The notes beneath the pieces are model-generated. The model did not search any database. It had not been told where the DNA came from and saw only the letters and a list, made by a program, of their open reading frames with translations. A stretch of DNA of 64,000 nucleotides from Octopus vulgaris (lineage: Eukaryota), in contig OX597826.1 of the NCBI GenBank assembly GCA_951406725.2, positions 15,004,001 through 15,068,000 on the forward strand. The letters run 5' to 3'. The first letter of the stretch is position 1; each line of letters begins with the position of its first letter. This document shows positions 1 through 13,526 of the stretch, piece by piece. Made by a program: the position numbers and the translations under genes.

Positions 1-1337
1 GACTCCCTAAAGGATGAAAAGCAACGTCGACCTCGGCAGCGGACTTTGAACTCAGAACGTGAAGACGGATGAAATGCAGCTAAGCATTTTGTCCGGCGTG
101 CTAACGATCCAACCGGTACGCCGTCCTCTCTACTACCCTAATAATGACCTTTAGTGGAAAGCGCTATGATGGAGTAAACCTATTCAGAGTGAGTGCGATT
201 GGATTTGAACTCAGAATGTAAAGACAACGTAGCTAAACGTAGCACTCTACCACCCTTCCTAAAAATAGCATTACAGATGGTGTAGTCGACAGATACACTC
301 CATATAATTAACGAGTGTCCTTAGTGTACAGTACTAAACTGAAAAAATCCTTAGCGATCGAAGTTGTACGGAGAAAGAAGAGATGTTGCAACAACAAAAA
401 TAACAAAAACAATCACAACAAACCACAATACAACTGTCAAATATTTTGCTCTATATTGACAGCTAAAGACGAACGCACTAAATGACCCTTCTCCTTAAGT
501 CACATGACCTTGTCTGATATTCAGTGATTTTTTTCCCTACCACTCGTCATATTAGCCTTTTCATAATCTTAATAATTCCCTCTTCCCATTCACACACTGC
601 GCATGTACTACTACCATAACCCCTCTCACGTGTAGACTGAAGACTCATACAGACGCAAACAAGTACACACACTCAAGTTGCTAGGATACGGTAACTTCTT
701 GTAATCCAAACGCAGCGCACCTGCTTCCAAAATTATGGTGACAGAACGTTAAATGAGAGAGTAAGGAAGAAAAACTGGACAAAAACACTGACAACGAATT
801 GGAGAGTAGCAGCAAGAACTACGATAACAGCACGACAATAGCTATAGCTCTTGCGGTTTGACAGCAAACATAAAAAAAAGACTTAAGTTGTTCAATGATA
901 ACCAGCAATTAAATCCCTTTCTTAAACAGATTATTACTAATATTATTGAGTCAGACTGATAACATACAAACGTAAATACACGTATACTCATTGACAAGTC
1001 ACATATACAAAAAAAAAAATACACGTTCACACACATACACACACACACATAACACAAACATATACATACACGCATATTACACTTGGCCAAGAATTTTCTA
1101 AACTCTATCTGTTTCCCATATCATTTTGGAGACGTATACGTCTACACAACGCTGTTAAGACCAAATTGAGAAGTAAATGTATCAATAGCAGCCTCCTCTC
1201 CGAAATAGAGGAACCATTTTCCCAGTTGATATTCTAGAGTTTTTGAAATTATCTCCCCTTTTCATCCTCTTTCAGAATTGTTAATTATTTTTGTCTGGTG
1301 TGCATGTGTGGGGGAGAGGAGTGTTTAAGTGTACAGG

Positions 1338-1383
<46 letters not shown>

Positions 1384-1404
1384 TATGCAGGAGTAACTGT
1401 GTGA

Positions 1405-1640
1405 AGGCGGCGAGCGGGCAGAAACGTTAGCACGCCGGTCGAAATGCGTAGCCGTATTTCGTCTGCCTCTACGTTCTGAGTTCAAATTCCGCCGAGGTCG
1501 ACTTTGCCTTTCATCCTTTCAGGGTCGATTAAATAAGTACCAGTTACGCACTGGAGTCGATATAATCGACTTAATCCGTTTGTCTGTCCTTGTTTGTCCC
1601 CTCTGTGTTTGGCCCCTTGTGGGTAGTAAAGAAATAGGTA
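1405..1640 (+). mobile_element. tRNA-derived SINE family B (Nin/Deu-domain-like, OR1-like)
   Basis: Head GGCGGCGAGC..GCAGAA..GTTAGC, B-box GAGTTCAAATTCC, core GCCTTTCATCCTTTC.GGGTCGAT. Other copies at 1-125, 3522-3680, 37190-37525, 46950-47185, 47905-48306 and 59545-59965. Confidence 0.8.
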
Positions 1641-1960
1641 TGATGCTTGCTTCTCAATCACATGTTTTCGGGTTTTGTTCCACTGCGTGGAGCCTTGGGT
1701 AAGTGTCTTCTACTAAAATCTCGGGGGTGACCAAAGCCCTGTGAGTAGATTTGGTAGACGGAAACTGGAAGAAGCCAATCGTATATATAAATTAATATAT
1801 GTGTTTGTTTGTGTGTGTGCGTGGGCGCGCGTGTGTAGTACATTTGATGGGATGAAACCATCCCCCAACGCGTATGCGAATTTGTTTGCCATATCGAGCG
1901 GAGTCAACCAAGTGGGTTAAGCGTCAGTTTTTTCTTTTGTTCATTCACTTGTATGTGTGT

Positions 1961-1994
<34 letters not shown>

Positions 1995-1996
<2 letters not shown>

Positions 1997-2397
1997 CGCA
2001 GGAGTGGCTGTGTGGTAAGTAGCTTGTTTACCAACCACATGGTTCCGGGCTCAGTCCCACTGCGAGGCACCTTGGGCAAGTGTCTTCTACTATAGTCTCG
2101 GGCCGACCAAAGCCTTGTGAGTGGATTTGGTAGACGGAAACTGAAAGAAGCCCGTCGTATATATGTATATATATGCATGTGTGTATGTGTGGTGTGTCTG
2201 TGTTTGTCCCCTTAGCATTGCTTGACAACCGATGCTGGTGTGTTTATGTCCCCGTCACTTAGCGGTTCGGCTAAGAGAACGATAGAATAAGTACTGGGCT
2301 TACAAAGAATAAGTCCCGGGGTCGAGTTGCTCGATTAAAGGCGGTGCTCCAGCATGGCCGCAGTCAAATGACTGAAACAAGTAAAAGAGTAAAGAGT
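1995..2397 (+). mobile_element. tRNA-derived SINE family A (CORE-like, OR2-like), full length
   Basis: A-box TGGCTGTGTGG, B-box-like GGCTCAGTCCC, CORE-like CCTTGGGCAAGT, internal microsatellite, tail GGCGGTGCTCCAGCATGGCC...(AAGAGTA)n. Many near-identical copies in the window. Confidence 0.85.
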
Positions 2398-3785
2398 ATA
2401 TACATACACACCACACACAATCCAGTAGCGACATACCAGCCGAATATCCTACCAACGAGTTATAGAATATCATGTCTATTCAGGTAGTGGTGTCGCAAAT
2501 AGCCAGTGGGATAATTAAAAATAATTAATAGCGAGAAAAGCAGTACAAATACCAAAAGCAATCTTGATTTCCTACTTAATGTGGAGGAAGTGTAAGAATT
2601 TATTTATCTTGGGAGAGGATCTGTCGTATGGACTCGTGGTGCATAAAAGCATTTGTTGGCAGACAAGAATAGTCTGCCACGACCACCGGAACTACTAGAT
2701 CATGTGATTCACCTGTTATGTCGCTGCTGGATATCTGTCACCGAGGAACCCATAGCAGGGCGAAATTATGTGATCGGGTAGTTACGGTGGCCGTAGCAGA
2801 AGGTTCTCTCCTGTCAACGATATAATTACGAGTGTTTTTATGTACCATGGCTCCATATGAAATGTCCTCAGTAATTTGTATCTTAACACAAATTCTACGT
2901 TAAGATGGAGATAGCGATTGCCCTTTGGTACTAATATTGCTTTATCACTGATGCTGGACCCTTAGTGTGTAGAGAGGTGTATCATATCTAATTGTTCTTA
3001 TCAGCTTTTCCATGGCGTTTCATTGTATTCTAACTCTATTCATTTCTACTGCACACTCTTTCGTTAACCGCTCATCAATAGTAATTTATCCCACTACTGT
3101 GATAACTCAATTTTTTTTCTTCTCGCTACCTCTTTCTCCTCCCCTACTTCTTAACCTGCTCTTTTTCTTCCATCTCCCTTTATCCAAACCTCAAATTAAC
3201 GGTAATATGCTAAAAATTACTAAAATATTTCAGTTTCTTTATTTATACTAAAGCTACAAATATGTAAGCTCGTGGTAAGAAGTTTACTTCCAAACCACAT
3301 GGTTTAGGGTTCAGCCCCACCCTTTAAGGCAGTACTCTAGCATGGCCGCAGTCAAATGACTGAAGCAAAAGATTAAATATGTCAACGTGAATGGTAAGGG
3401 AGAGTGGTAGATGTTCAACGGTACTAAAAGCAATTGCAAATAGAAGTGGACTCGACACTTCAAAAGAAACAAAATCGCTGACCATTTGTCAATAACAGAA
3501 ATCAATATTAGATTAACAATAAGGGCGACGAGCTGGTAGAATTGTAAGGATGCCGGACAAAATGCTTACGGGCATTTCATCCATTTTTACGTTCTGTGTT
3601 CAAATTCCGCCGAGGTCGACTTCGCTTTTCATCCTTTCGGGGTCGATAAAATAAGTACCAGTTGACTACTGGAATCGATGTAATCTCACATTCTACAAGT
3701 TTTGTTCTATAATGCAACATTATCCACGGAGTTCAAACGCTTCACAACCGTGTGTTAGGTGCTTTGACACGTAACAAATCTTATA

Positions 3786-4589
3786 CAGGGTGTTCCAAAA
3801 GTCACTGATGGGTTTTGGATTTTAATAACTTCCTTAACTACACAGATAAATGCATGGAAGTTTGATACAATATAAAGGACTGAATGGAAATTAATATGCA
3901 CAAGTCAAATTTTACATCACGTATGAAAAAAGACATCGCTTAAATGGCAGCCATTTTCTGCTTCGCACGCCCACGATCTTTCCAAAACTTGCACCATAAC
4001 ACCCTCAAGAATTTCAGACCCTACTTCTCTGATTTCTGTTACTTTTCTACTTCAGTTGCAGCAGGGTCTTCGGTTTGTTCACGTAAACCCTCTCTTTCAG
4101 GTATCCTCACAAGAAAAAATCCAGGTTAGTCAAGACTGGGGGAACGTGAAGACCAGTTGACATTACCGTAGCAGGAGACTATTCTTTCTCCAAAGTACTT
4201 CCATAGCAACTACATTGTTTCTCTTGCAGTATGAACAGTTGCCCCATCTTGCCCCATGTGTGAGGTCTACTGTGAATGGCCTTCAGCTTTCCCAGACTTG
4301 ACAAGCCCGGATTTCTTCTTGTGGGTTAGAGAAGTGAGGTCTGAAACACTTGAGGGTGTATGGTGCAAGTTTTGGAAAGAGCACGGGTGTGCGAAGCCAA
4401 AAATAGTTGTCATTTAAGCCATGTCATTTTCCATATGTGATGTAGTGGTGTTGCAAAATTTGACTTGTACAAAATTTGACTTAATTTCCATTATGTCCTT
4501 TATATTGCATCAAAATTTCACGCATTTATTTGTAAAATTAAGGAAGTTATTAAAAACTGAAACTCGTCAGTGACTTTTAGGACACCGAG
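3786..4589. mobile_element. Non-autonomous Tc1/mariner element with long inverted arms
   Basis: TA-flanked TIRs CAGGGTGTTCCAAAAGTCACTGA / TCAGTGACTTTTAGGACACCGAG. Minus-strand transposase remnants QDGATVHTA, WSSRSP and DFFL*GYLKERVY. Confidence 0.8.
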
Positions 4590-5933
4590 TACGATACACA
4601 ATCACTGTCCAATGAAACAACACAACTCACATACAACATACTTTACCAAATTCACAGATAAAACCATCAGAAACTGCTGATCTTGTGGCAGAATTTGGAA
4701 CCAACATTATACTAATCGCAATGCGCTTCCTCTGATTATATTAGATACCGAAAGGGCACCAGAGATGCCGTGGTGGCCTTTTGCACCACGTTTCTAGGGA
4801 CCTCAACTGCTCCAAGATCCTTTTTATTAACTTGAGACCGTAGGATACGAAATTTCTCTATGTGACCCGGGAGAAGTGAGGAGGTCGTGCACCAGTTGGA
4901 GGAAGCTTTTTGGGTCCTATTTTTACATCGACAGTAGCAGCAATCGAAAATTTTGCATGCAAAGAGCACAAAACGGTATGCAACATGTTATGACAACACG
5001 TGTTACAATCACTAAAAGTACTGTACAACTGCACTAAACGCTTCTTCACACAACCCTTGTGTTAACATATACACACACGGGTAAATTATCAACAGGAAGT
5101 ATGATTTTCTTCTTTGGCAACTTCAGGTACAGTGAAGACAACAAATTCCTCTCTATGTGCGTTCATTGATGTAACCAAGACACCAGATTTGCTTAGCAGG
5201 GAATAACTTTTCGGGATCCCCCTAATAGTTTGCCAACCAAAACTGAAAACTTGATTGTCTCCGCCAGTGAAAGGTTAACGACACCTTCTCCGATCCCTTC
5301 GATATATATGTGCACAGCCTCAAATAATGCTGCGAAGTTGTCCCTAGGCTCTTTTAAATTCTCCAAAGCACAGTTTCGACACTGCTGCAGTGAGTTCTAC
5401 TTCCACTTTAGACCATGTGCCACATTTTTCAAGCATCGCTGCCTTAAAGTTAAAACCAAACGTAAGTATTCTCTCTTGAGAGTCACGCTTTGGATGAGAA
5501 CGCATCATTTGCTGCCCGTATTCAACAAGAATTTCGGACACCGATGCATCATTTTTGCCCCCAGACCAGAAGTGTTTTGGATTGATAAACATGCAGAAGA
5601 CGCTGAACGTTGCCACATGCATGACTTACAGTATGGTCAACCTATGTATGCACCAAACACGGCTTACTGGATAAATGCAGGGCTGAGTTGGTGTCGTACA
5701 TGCTTCACAGTGTTTATAACCTCAATGAAAGGAAGTTCTTGTAATATCCGCTTTAATAAACCACCAAACTATTTTGTACACGGAAACAGCAGAACGTGTC
5801 CCCGTAGCTAAAAAAAGATTAGTAATCGGAAGTGACTGAAAAAGAAACATCCTTATTTAAGACACGTGTATAGGACCATGGGTGAGTGCTGTGTGTATGT
5901 GTGTGTGTGAGAGAGAGAATGAAAGAAAGAGAG

Positions 5934-5969
<36 letters not shown>

Positions 5970-6103
5970 GGAGAGACAGAGAGACAGAGAGACAGACAGA
6001 CAGAACGTGCCCGCGCATTGCCTGTGTGTGTGTGATTGTAAAATTTCGATAAATATATAAAGTGAGATATGTCTGTGCGTGTGTATAAGTATGGATGAGA
6101 ATT

Positions 6104-6248
<145 letters not shown>

Positions 6249-6687
6249 TTCTGTGGTGACATCTGCTGACACTTTTGATAAATGGGAAACTCTTAAGTAG
6301 GGTTTGTGCTAAGCAGATTGTCACTGTGCATAAAGGTATACGCGTATATTCATGTATGTATAGATATGTTTACATATATTATGTATGTGTATGGGCGTGT
6401 ATGAACAGAATTATAGAAGTGGATTTCTTTTTCCCCCACTCAACATTACATCACATAGTTAATAAGCTTATTCAACAAACTGACATATATATGAATATAT
6501 ACAGGTACCAGGCTTTAATATAGAATGGTTTCAAATTTTGGCGCGAGGCCAGCAATTCCGAGGTAGGTGGGTAGTCGAAAGAACGAAAGGCAAAGTCGAC
6601 CTCGGCGGAATATGAAACACACACACACAAACAAATACGTAGAAATTATAAAACAGATTGGCAGATTTCTACGACTGTTATTTGCTG

Positions 6688-7101
6688 GGATCTTTTCGGT
6701 TTGAACGGCAGTTTTTTTCTAGCGGTGTCATATGAAATTGTCCCCCATAATTATGACCTTAGTATCGATCTATTGCATTTCAATTTGTTTTAGGGTTAGG
6801 GTTAGGGGGAAGGGTATCTTTTTTTCTTCACAAATGTAAATAAACCCAATCTGTTTCTTAAACGAGGGACATATTCATACGGCACAGAATGTTTTTTTTT
6901 ACCTCAATAGACGTCACTGATTGGTTGAAATTGCAGAAATTGAAGACAAAAACAACAAATATTTTACAAACTATAGAATTTTCTCAATAAAGCCAAGAGA
7001 AAAAGATGTTTTAAACACACATTCTACCAGTATACGAAGTTTAAAATTCTTTAGTTACCTAGAAATTATGTTAAAAACTGCCGTTCAAACCGAAAAGATC
7101 C
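6688..7101. mobile_element. MITE with GG-initial TIRs and 8-bp TSD (Merlin-like)
   Basis: TIR GGATCTTTTCGGTTTGAACGGCAGTTTTT / AAAAACTGCCGTTCAAACCGAAAAGATCC. Perfect TSD ATTTGCTG at 6680-6687 and 7102-7109. Internal TTAGGG repeats. Confidence 0.8.
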
Positions 7102-7439
7102 ATTTGCTGTTTTTACGCCTGCCAAATTTCATAATCTACGTTTGTATATATATATATGGTCAAAGATATTTACTCTCGGTCAGCTAATGCGATATCAAAC
7201 TGGCGTTTGAGAAGCCAAATTATATGATCACAGTGATAAACTCACAGAGAACTGAAAAGCTGTTTACATATGTATGTATGTGTGATCGTGCAGATCTCTA
7301 CGATTAATTTGAAATATACCCAGAGAAGTACCTGAGGATAAATATTATTACTGTTTTTGAATACACGGTAAGAAAATTATATAGTGTATAAATATGGACA
7401 CATATTCACAGATGTATTTTATACATATATAAACTAATA

Positions 7440-7760
7440 TGTTTGTTTTATTTAGTCTGAGACCTCTTTCCGTCACGATACAGACCATGGGATTGCACCA
7501 AGAAAGTTACCCTCCCAGGCACAAGTCTGGGCAAGGTTGTTTTATGGAAAACCCGCAGTCGCCCATGCATACCGACCTCCCCTCTCCACGCCACCAGTGT
7601 TATGCAAGGGAAAGGCAAAGGCCGATACAGCTTGGCACCTGTGATGCCGCAACTCATTTCTACAGCTGAGTGAACTGGAGCAACGTGAAATAAAGTGTCT
7701 TGTTCAAGAACACAACACGCTGCCCGGTCCGGGATTCGCGCTCACAACCTCCCGATCGTA
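7440..7760 (-). mobile_element. SINE with V-domain-like core
   Basis: Minus strand has a tRNA-like head followed by TTGAACAAGACACTTTATTT; the same core occurs at about 61255-61275. Confidence 0.55.
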
Positions 7761-7854
7761 AATTTGTATGTCAGTTTGTGTGCACCCCACCCCCAAAAAA
7801 CCCAAACATACGTGCTCACATGCACACACAAATTCATACTCACTCAGGTTCATC

Positions 7855-8157
7855 CATCCAACCAAGATCAGTGAAAGAGATAATGCCTACGCTGAACTAT
7901 TGAGAAATCTGCAGTTACTCTATCCAGATTACAACTTCAGGTTTATTTATACTTGTAATTATTGGGGCACTGGGATATGTAACACACTGCCTAAATGCCA
8001 ATCTTGAGAAATTAGCTTCTCAAAACCAGAAAGGAGAAAGTTGGTTCGAAGAATATGTAATACTTTCCAGAAGCTTAACATAGAAGTATATATGAGCACG
8101 TCTAGACCTATAACTATAAGCAAGGAAATACACATAAAACAAACAATACAATTCTGC
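7855..8157 (+). mobile_element. 3' end of an RLE-endonuclease non-LTR retrotransposon (R4/Dong-like), decayed
   Basis: KISERDNAYAELLRNLQLLYPDYNFRF...VIIGALGYVT across a frameshift resembles the C-terminal restriction-like endonuclease. The 3' end abuts a (TACA)n array. Confidence 0.6.
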
Positions 8158-9816
8158 ATGCACACATACGTACATGCATACATACATACATACATACATA
8201 CATACATACATACTACATACTCTGCTGATATTGAAACTCCAATGAAAGAGCTTTGGATCTAGATGAGAAACCGATTTTTTCTCTCTTGCAATAAAACTGA
8301 ATAATGATACATACATGCACACACACATATACATGCTTACATACATACATACATACACACACACATATACATACATACATACACACACACATATACATAC
8401 ATACATATACACACACATATACACAAATACATGCATACATATATACATACGTAGAACCTCATGTATGTTATGTGAGTGGATTTGATAAGCAGAAAGTGAA
8501 AGAAGACCGTCGTATATATCAATGTGTGAGTTTGCATAACCTCACCGGCCTCATCCCTCACCGCATGACAACTGGTATTGGTTTGTTTACATTCTTCTGA
8601 TGTAGCGGTTCGGCAAAACTAACGGACTGATTAAGTAACCCGCTTTAAAAAAAATGTTAGTACTAGGGTCAATTCGTTCGACTAAACCCCTTACAAGCAG
8701 TGCCTCAAAGTAACGCGGTTCGGTGACTGAAACAAATGAAAAAAAATTTTTTACCTGTTTCAGTCATTAGATTACGGCCATGCTGGGGCACCGCTATGAA
8801 GAGATTTTAACACAAGGAACCGACCCAGTAATATTTTTAAAACCTGGTACCTATGCTATCGGTTTCTTATGCCAAATTGCTATGTTACGGGGACGTAAAG
8901 GCAACAACACCGGTTGTCAAGCAGAGGTGGTGGACAGACACATACACATAAGAGTGGTGTATATTATTTGTGTGTGTATGTCACGTGAGGAAAGATGTAA
9001 ACCTACTTGATCGTTTTCAATGCCAAAATCTAGGAAAATATATGCTTTCTACACACAGACCATCACCGACCTTATGGCTCAATTCTAATGTACTTTGTAT
9101 CTAACTGACCACTCAAGATGTCGGTAGCACTTCAAACTTAAAGACCCCACCTCCCTGACCATCCAACCCTTCCTCTCTTCCATTAAATGATGGTTAAGAG
9201 CGACAGTCAGGCGCCACGCCTGGCTCTTAAGGTATCAATACAGCCAAAGGTTGTTTACAACGATCAAAGACACGATTTCTGAAGCCGCCTCTGTGGTAAG
9301 GGTGGACGTGATGATGACTATGTGTGTGTATGTGTGTGTGTGTGTGTGTGTGTGATGTCGGCAGATCGGTCTTCTCTAATGACATATCAAAGAGTTCGAT
9401 CATTGCTCCATCCGTCTCTCTTCCCCGACACCCGCTTCATTAATGGCTCGAATCAACATTTTATTGAAGGTTATGGAGGTGGAGAGGATGGTACTTTAGG
9501 CTACTAAGGAAGAACGTAGTATCTTTTTACTTGACTGCTGCTACGCAGGGACACAGCCTTTTAAGTGTAGAATAATGAATGACTGTATGTTTAAGAAACA
9601 CGCGCGCGTGCGGCCATGCTGGAGCGCAAATTTAAAGAACTTGAGTCGAATGAATGGACAATAATGTTACAATAATTTTAAAGCCCGGTATTTATTCTAT
9701 CGGTCACTTTTTACCGAACCGCTTGGTTACGAGGAAACGAACACGCAATATCGGTTGTCAAGCAGTGGTGGGAAGAATCACAGACAAAGAAACGCGCGTG
9801 CACATACACACACATA

Positions 9817-10222
9817 TACTCTCTTTTACTTGTTTCAGTCATTTGACTGTGGCCATGCTGGAGCGCCGCCTTTAGTCGAGCAAATCGACCCTGGGACTGA
9901 TTCTTTGTAAGCCTAGTACTTATTCTATCGGTCTCTTTTGCCGAACTGCTAAGTTACGGTAACGTAAACACACCAGCTTTGTTTGTCAAGCGACGTTGGG
10001 GAACAAACACAGACACACAAACATACACACACACATACACATATATATACATATATACGACAGGCTTCTTTCAGTTTCCGTCTACCAAATCCACTCACAA
10101 AGCATTGGTCGGCCCGAGGCTATAGCAGAAGACACTTGCCCAAGGTGCCACGCAGTGGGACTGAACCCGGAACTATGTGGATCGTAAGCAAGCTACTTGC
10201 CACACAGCCACTCCTACGCCTA
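9817..10222 (-). mobile_element. SINE family A
   Basis: Reverse complement of the 1995-2397 consensus. Confidence 0.85.
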
Positions 10223-10376
10223 TATGTATGTACATATACGACATCCTTCTTTCAGTTTGTGTCTACCAAAACCACTCGCAAGTCTTTGGTCGGCCCGAAG
10301 CTATAATAATAAATACTTGCCCAAGAACTAAAACAGTGGCACTTAACTTAACCCGCAAGTGGGGAAGAAAGCTTCC

Positions 10377-10693
10377 GGATCTTTTCCTTTTGATGGACGG
10401 AATTTTCTAGTTAACTAAAAAATTTGAAACTTCGTATACTGGTAGAATGTGTCAAAAGAAAACATTGTTGTAAACAAAATTGAAAACAAAATTGTGATTT
10501 GTAAGTTTAATGTAGTTTAATTCTTCGAATTTTAACCAATTTTAACGTTAAACTTACAAATTACAATTTCGTTTTCAATTTTGTTTTCAATTTTGTTTAC
10601 AATAATGTTTTCTTTTGACACATTCTACCAGTATAGGAAGTTTCAAATTGTTTAGTTAACTAGAAAATTCCGTCCATCAAAAGGAAAAGATCC
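10377..10693. mobile_element. Palindromic Merlin-like MITE nested in a decayed SINE A
   Basis: TIR GGATCTTTTCCTTTTGATGGACGG / CCGTCCATCAAAAGGAAAAGATCC, arms over 110 bp. TSD AAGCTTCC / AATCTTCC. Confidence 0.8.
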
Positions 10694-11122
10694 AATCTTC
10701 CTGCCAAACAGCCACATACATATAGGCATATGCATGTGTGTGCGTGCGCGAGCATATCTATATATATGCATATATATGGACGTACATATGCACACATGCA
10801 CGCACACAAGTATATATGAATGATATATACATATATATATACACACACACACATAGACATACATTTATAAATAAATAAACATATACACATATATTTATAA
10901 GTGCATAAATATATTTATATATACACGTATATTTATAAATACATATTCTTTTATTTCTTTCAGTAATTTGACTGCGGCCATGTGGGAGCACCGTCTTTAG
11001 CCGAGCAAATCGATCCCAGGAGTTGTTCGTTGTAAGCCTAGTACTTATTCTATCGGTCTCTTTTGCCGAACAACCAGCATTGGTTATCAAGCGATGTTGG
11101 GGTGACAAACACAGATACACAA

Positions 11123-11164
<42 letters not shown>

Positions 11165-11165
<1 letters not shown>

Positions 11166-11530
11166 AGTGGCTGTGTGGTAAGTAGCTTGCATACCAACCA
11201 CATGGCTCCTGGTTCAGTCCCACTGCGTGGCAATTTCGGCAAGTGTCTGCTACGATAGCCTCGGGCCGACCAAAGCCTTGTGAGCGGATTTGGTAGACGG
11301 AAACTGAAAGAAGCCCGTCGCATATTTGCATATACATGTATGAGTGTGTTGTATGTTTCTGTGTCTGTGTTTGTCTCCTCCAACATCGCTTGACTATCGG
11401 TGTGTATACGTCCCCGTACCTTAGCGGTTCGGCAAAAAACCGTGATAGAATAAGTACTAGGCTTACAAAGAATAAGTCCTGGGGTGCCCCAGCATGGCCA
11501 CAGGCAAATGACAAAGAAGTAAAAGAGTAA
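11165..11530 (+). mobile_element. SINE family A, back-to-back with a partial minus copy at 10945-11130
   Basis: Consensus match. Confidence 0.8.
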
Positions 11531-11570
11531 CGAGTGAATATATATATATATTTGTATATGTATATATAAA

Positions 11571-11620
<50 letters not shown>

Positions 11621-11664
11621 TTGTATATAAATATGTCTGTCTGTCTCTCTCACTCTCTCACTCG

Positions 11665-13112
<1,448 letters not shown>

Positions 13113-13426
13113 AATAATAAAATATTAGGGAATAAATCCAAACTTACAGGGAAAAATCAGATTTAGGATTGAATCCAATTTTATAATAAAATATTATATT
13201 ATATTAAATTAGAGACAAAACCACTATTAGGCAAATCATACAATGAAAAACTTAAGCCAATACATAAGATTAATTAATTTATATTATTTTAAATATATAT
13301 CAAAATTATTAAAAAAACAATTTTGATATATATATATATTTAAAATAATATAAATTAATTAATCTTATGTACTGGCTTAAGTTTTTCCTTGTATGATTTG
13401 CCTAATAGTGGTTTTATCTCTAATTT

Positions 13427-13526
13427 NNNNNNNNNNNNNNNNNNNNNNNNNNNNNNNNNNNNNNNNNNNNNNNNNNNNNNNNNNNNNNNNNNNNNNNNNN
13501 NNNNNNNNNNNNNNNNNNNNNNNNNN
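13427..13526. other. Assembly gap (100 N, true size unknown)
   Basis: Run of exactly 100 N. Confidence 1.

Noticed and set aside
1995-2070. tRNA-like A/B boxes
   Set aside because: These are SINE heads with no complete cloverleaf, not tRNA genes.
3050-3082. Minus-strand TTGATGAG..CGAAA hammerhead-like motif beside the rod
   Set aside because: Stems I, II and III do not form convincingly.
4736-5811. Possible piggyBac-like transposase remnant / 193-aa ORF
   Set aside because: Only vague Cys-rich similarity; no catalytic motif or TTAA-flanked TIR pair could be confirmed.
6788-6808. Interstitial telomere
   Set aside because: Only about three TTAGGG units, inside a MITE.
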